64,000 nucleotides of DNA, taken from NCBI GenBank assembly GCA_965261595.1, contig CBDHDG010000005.1:608001-672000 (forward strand), written 5' to 3'. How positions within the stretch are numbered: the first letter of the stretch is position 1; every line of letters starts with the position of its first letter. The notes under the pieces are model-generated. The model did not search any database. It saw nothing but the letters and a program-made list of their open reading frames with translations, and was not told where the DNA came from. The translations under genes were made by a program, and so were the position numbers. Shown here in pieces: positions 60,175 through 64,000 of the stretch. This DNA is from a bacterium (lineage in GTDB: Bacteria; UBA8248; JACPRG01; G963555815).

Positions 60175-60927
60175 TTACGGCATCACCGCCCCACCGTTGA
60201 CGACAAGCGTCTGGCCGGTGATGAAGTCCGCGTCCGAGGACAGAAGGAAGACGATCGTCCCGACCATGTCTTCCGGGACCTCCCGCCGCTGAATGATTCG
60301 CATTTTCTGATTCATTTCATCCAGCTCGGGCCGCTCGCGGTTGTCTTTCTCGTGGGGAATGTAGTCCGGCGCGACGGTGTTGACGTTGATCCCGTGACCG
60401 CCGCACTCCCGGGCCAGGCTCCGCGTGAACCCCAGGATGCCGGCTTTGGAGGTGACGTAGTGGATGAGTCCCGGGGTCCCCTTATAGACGGTGTTCGAGG
60501 CGATGTTGAGGATGCGCCCGAATTCCTGGTCCTTCATGTAGGGAAAGACCGACTTGCAGCAGAAAAATACGCCCTTGAGGTTCACGGCCATCGCCCGATC
60601 CCATTCTTCCCCGGTGATCTCGAAAAAGGGCCCGAGACTCAGGTCCTGGTAAAGGGCGGCGTTGTTCACCAGCCCGTCGATGCGGCCGAACCGGCCGTGG
60701 ACGGATTTCGCCATGGCCCGGGTCGCCTCCTCGTCGGTGACGTCCACGGAGACGGCCATGGCCTCTCCCCCGGCGGCCTCGATTTCTTCCACCGTCCCTG
60801 AGGCGTCGATGATGTCGGCGGCCGCGACCTTGGCCCCATCCCGCGCCAGACCCTTGGCGTAGACCCGGCCGAGGTTCCGGCCGGCCCCCGTGACGATGAC
60901 CACCTTTCCTTCCAGTCTCATCTCCAT
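60175..60927 (-). CDS. Short-chain dehydrogenase/reductase
   Basis: TGAGRNLG, NNAA, YVTSK. Confidence 0.93.
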   Translation of the reverse strand: MEMRLEGKVVIVTGAGRNLGRVYAKGLARDGAKVAAADIIDASGTVEEIEAAGGEAMAVSVDVTDEEATRAMAKSVHGRFGRIDGLVNNAALYQDLSLGPFFEITGEEWDRAMAVNLKGVFFCCKSVFPYMKDQEFGRILNIASNTVYKGTPGLIHYVTSKAGILGFTRSLARECGGHGINVNTVAPDYIPHEKDNRERPELDEMNQKMRIIQRREVPEDMVGTIVFLLSSDADFITGQTLVVNGGAVMP

Positions 60928-60974
60928 TCTCCTCGACGGCGTCTTGGGGAATTTTCAGCGAGTCAGGGCAAGGC

Positions 60975-62576
60975 TTACTCCGGTTTCAGGACCGCGTATT
61001 CCGTTCCCGCCCACCAGGGATCGATGCCCAGGTCCTCGGCGATGGCGCCCGCGGCGTTGTAACCGCAGGCCCCGTGGCAGCCGCCTCGGGGATGGGTGCT
61101 GGGACCGCAGAGGTACAGCCCCTCGATGGGTGTCCGGTAGGGCGGATAACCGTGGAAGGGCCGGAAGGTCCCCATCTGGTCCTGCGTGATGCGGCCGCTG
61201 ACCATGTCGCCGTCCACCATCGAGATGTTCTCCCGGGCGATGTCGGCGGGGGTGTACACAAACCGGCCCACAACGGCCCCATCGTCTATGTTCTTCGTCG
61301 AGCGGCGCAAGAGGTCAAAACACCGGTCGGCGTAGTCCTCCTTGATCTCGTTCCACCTCTCATCCCCCCCCTTGATCTTGCAGGGCGCGTACTGCCAGAG
61401 GATGGTCACGTGCTTTCCCGGGGGGGCGATGGACGGATCGAACCGGCTCGGGTGAAGCGTCATGAACCCGGTAGGGTCCGGAGGCTCGCCGATGCCCAGC
61501 TGATAGAACTCCTTCCGGATGTCGTCCATGGAGTCCCTCCCCAGCATGACGTTGAAGGACTGGTTGGGGACGTCGGAGGAGGTCCGGTAGGCCGGGTCTA
61601 CATTGAGGGCGAGGTGGACGCCGAATATCGTGAAATAGCTGAACTGGAAGCCACGGACCTGATCGGCGAACTCCTGGGAGAGCTCATCCCCGTCCACCAT
61701 TTGCTGGAACACCTGCTTGGGCTCGACGTTGCTCGCGACGGCCCGGGCGGCTTCAATCTCGGTCCCGTCGGAAAGGACGACCCCCTTCGCGCGCCCTCCC
61801 CGGATCAAAATCCGGGAGACGTGACATCCCGTCCGGATCTCTCCGCCGTGGGCTTCGAGGTGAGCCGTCAGTGCGTTGGTGAGGGACTGGGAACCGCCCA
61901 CCGCCAGGGAGTTCCCCCCCGAGCGGTGCTGGTTGACCAGGAGGGAAACAGGGACCATGCCGGACCCCTTGGCAAAGGGATCCTGAATGGTCTGCAAGGC
62001 ATAGTTGACGAACCAGACCTTGACGCACTCGTTCTCGAAGAGCTCATCGGCCACGTCCTCGATGCTCATCATCCAGGTCCGGAGCGCCCGCCGTCCGTGA
62101 GCGGTTTCCTCCAGCCGGCCCCAGATCTGAGAAGGGGGCAACGGGGGCGCAAACAGCATTCGGGAGATGAACTCGAACGTGGACTCGTGCTCTCTGATCC
62201 AGTCTCGGTACCGGGCCGCGTCGCTCCCGGAGAATTTCCCGATCTCCGAGACCGTCGCCTCCAGGTCCCTTTGGAGGGCCAGGCTCCGGCCATCGCTGAA
62301 AACATGCGTGCAGATAACCGGAGGGAAGATGTACTTGGAGCCGAAGCGCTCCAATTCCAAATCGGCGCGGATGGGGCCGATGTGCATCCAGTTGTGGTTG
62401 ACGGCGTGAAGGCTGAAGGTGAAGCCGGGAACGGTTTCGCGCGAGGTGACGCCCCCGCCGGTGTAGGGCAGGCGCTCGAGGACCAGGGTCCGAAGCCCGG
62501 CCTTGGCCAGGTAGCACCCAAGGGTCAGGCCGTTGTGGCCGGACCCGATGACGATGACATCGTATTGCTCGGCCAA
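60975..62576 (-). CDS. Phytoene dehydrogenase-like FAD oxidoreductase (PYROXD2/COG1233)
   Basis: GSGHNGL, YRTPIEGLYLCGPSTHPRGG; GGAGG RBS with TTG start. Confidence 0.9.
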   Translation of the reverse strand: MAEQYDVIVIGSGHNGLTLGCYLAKAGLRTLVLERLPYTGGGVTSRETVPGFTFSLHAVNHNWMHIGPIRADLELERFGSKYIFPPVICTHVFSDGRSLALQRDLEATVSEIGKFSGSDAARYRDWIREHESTFEFISRMLFAPPLPPSQIWGRLEETAHGRRALRTWMMSIEDVADELFENECVKVWFVNYALQTIQDPFAKGSGMVPVSLLVNQHRSGGNSLAVGGSQSLTNALTAHLEAHGGEIRTGCHVSRILIRGGRAKGVVLSDGTEIEAARAVASNVEPKQVFQQMVDGDELSQEFADQVRGFQFSYFTIFGVHLALNVDPAYRTSSDVPNQSFNVMLGRDSMDDIRKEFYQLGIGEPPDPTGFMTLHPSRFDPSIAPPGKHVTILWQYAPCKIKGGDERWNEIKEDYADRCFDLLRRSTKNIDDGAVVGRFVYTPADIARENISMVDGDMVSGRITQDQMGTFRPFHGYPPYRTPIEGLYLCGPSTHPRGGCHGACGYNAAGAIAEDLGIDPWWAGTEYAVLKPE

Positions 62577-62955
62577 TTGTCTCCTCCACTCGCCTGGGAT
62601 GCCTTGAGGTCGTCTCGCGTGGGTCCGCCGGCTGTATGTTCCCGCACGGCGGCCTTCGAGCGGACGGCCGCGCGATTTCCAAACCGGAACCGCTCGGCGC
62701 CGAGACAACTCGTAGGGTGAATGTGTTTCGTGAAGGCTACCAAACGCTCAGGAGTCATGTCAACGATTTCGCCCCCGGTTCTTTTGTCACGATTGCGGCG
62801 TGAACAGAACGAGATTGCAAATGAGATGGTTTTACTAAAATAATTTAAGTGATAAACAATTTATTTAATATCAATGAACGTGCCGCCTCATCTGTCGATT
62901 TGTTCGCGCTTTTGACGCGCGGCGTTCCCGCATTCATGGTGACTGACGCTCTGTC

Positions 62956-63579
62956 ATGAACAGAAAGACCCTGTTTCAGAATGCCGAGGCGGTGGCCCGT
63001 GGACTCAGCGAGTTTTTCGGCGAATCCATCGAGGTCGTCGTCCACGACTTCGCCGACCCGGACCGATCCATCCGTGCCATCTACGGGAACCTGACCGGAC
63101 GCCGGGTCGGCGACCCCGCCCCCGAGGCGCTCCGGCGGCATTGGGCGAGGGGGGAGGATTTGCACAATTACTCCGCTCAGACACGCGACGGCCGGCCGCT
63201 CAAGGCATCGACAGTCTTCCTGAGAGACGGAAGCGGATCAATCATCGGGGCCCTTTCCCTCAACTACGACCTGACCGAAACCCTGCTTCTCTCGAATTCC
63301 CTGGAGCGTTTCTCTCGAAGGACCCGGTCGGCGGCGGAAGCGGCGCCCATCGTCGGGAACGGCGTGGGCGGCCAGATTGAGCGGGCCTTCGCCGAGGCGG
63401 CCGATGCGGTCGGAAGGCCGGCCCCGCTCATGGCGCGGGCGCAGAAGGTCCGCGTCGTTCACGACCTCGAGCGCCGGGGCATCTTTCTCATCAAGGGCGC
63501 GGTGGACGAGGTGGCCCGGCTTCTGGAGGTTTCCCGTTATACGGTCTATAACTACCGAAAAGAGGTTTCGGCCGTTTGA
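62956..63579 (+). CDS. YheO/DauR-like PAS + HTH transcriptional regulator
   Basis: EVVVHD, GRRVGDP, GIFLIKGAVDEVA..L.VSRYTVYNY. Confidence 0.9.
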   Translation: MNRKTLFQNAEAVARGLSEFFGESIEVVVHDFADPDRSIRAIYGNLTGRRVGDPAPEALRRHWARGEDLHNYSAQTRDGRPLKASTVFLRDGSGSIIGALSLNYDLTETLLLSNSLERFSRRTRSAAEAAPIVGNGVGGQIERAFAEAADAVGRPAPLMARAQKVRVVHDLERRGIFLIKGAVDEVARLLEVSRYTVYNYRKEVSAV

Positions 63580-63615
63580 ATTCGGCATAACCCAATCATG
63601 GAAAGGTGAGGCGTC

Positions 63616-64000
63616 ATGACCATTCAGACCGGCCGTAAGGCCCTGCTCGCGGCGGCGAATTCCCGCAAGAAAGACGTGGTCCGGTTTCTCCGCGACATGG
63701 TGGCGCTCCCGAGCCCGAGTCTCGGCGAAGAGAAGGTGGCCAAGCGGATCCTCCAGGAGATGAAGAAGCTGAAATACGACGAGTGCTGGATTGACCGGAT
63801 CGGCAACGTCATCGGGCGGATCGGCAAAGGCAAGACCCACCTCCTCCTCGACTCCCACATCGACACGGTCGGCGTGGGCGACCCCAAGGCCTGGACCATC
63901 GACCCCTTCAAGGGCAAAGTCGATTCCAAGGCGGTTTACGGCCGGGGATCGTGCGACAACAAAGGCGCTGTCGCGTCGATGGTCGTCGGGGCCCCCATCG
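63616..64000 (+). CDS. YgeY-like M20 hydrolase (selenium-metabolism-linked family), 3'-truncated
   Basis: My translation: MTIQTG...VRFLRDMVALPSPS..EEKV...IDRIGNVIG...DSHIDTVGVGD...W..DPF...GRGSCDNKG. Confidence 0.75.
   Translation, partial: MTIQTGRKALLAAANSRKKDVVRFLRDMVALPSPSLGEEKVAKRILQEMKKLKYDECWIDRIGNVIGRIGKGKTHLLLDSHIDTVGVGDPKAWTIDPFKGKVDSKAVYGRGSCDNKGAVASMVVGAPI

Noticed and set aside
1621..62720. Long antisense or alternative-frame ORFs (e.g. 1621..3633-, 5818..7803-, 24541..26361-, 42186..44255-, 50541..53036-, 61074..62720+)
   Set aside because: Shadow ORFs of real genes in high-GC DNA; no recognisable motifs

Overview
GC-rich, Gram-negative bacterial chromosome segment (KDO genes kdsA/C/D, lspA, OmpA/MotB lipoprotein). 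Housekeeping genes (PBP1A, ileS, trpS, DHH-CBS tRNA nucleotidyltransferase, rluD, nfeD-stomatin, copA) are interleaved with catabolic clusters. Main observations: (1) two genes that the ORF track truncates or splits appear to be selenoproteins: a DsbA/FrnE-like protein with a U-P-Y-C active site (TGA 10853) and an OsmC/Ohr-like protein with TGA at the catalytic Cys position (27757), each followed by a SECIS-like hairpin at nearly the same spacing. (2) A 7.8-13.4 kb accessory island is punctuated by a GGGGTCA(A/G)GTC repeat family: two ~105-bp inverted-repeat elements and a ~235-bp x 3.6 tandem array that is not CRISPR. (3) A ~19-kb predicted N-heterocycle catabolic region encodes a Rieske oxygenase, two Mo-hydroxylase large subunits without partner subunits, UbiD, an amidohydrolase, NMT1-type ABC transport, ComDE-like decarboxylase and a YgeY-like hydrolase. 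(4) Four single-base frameshifts and two in-frame TAGs are probably sequencing errors or recent decay. No rRNA, tRNA, CRISPR array or transposase was recognised. All family calls are from motif recognition, not database searches.
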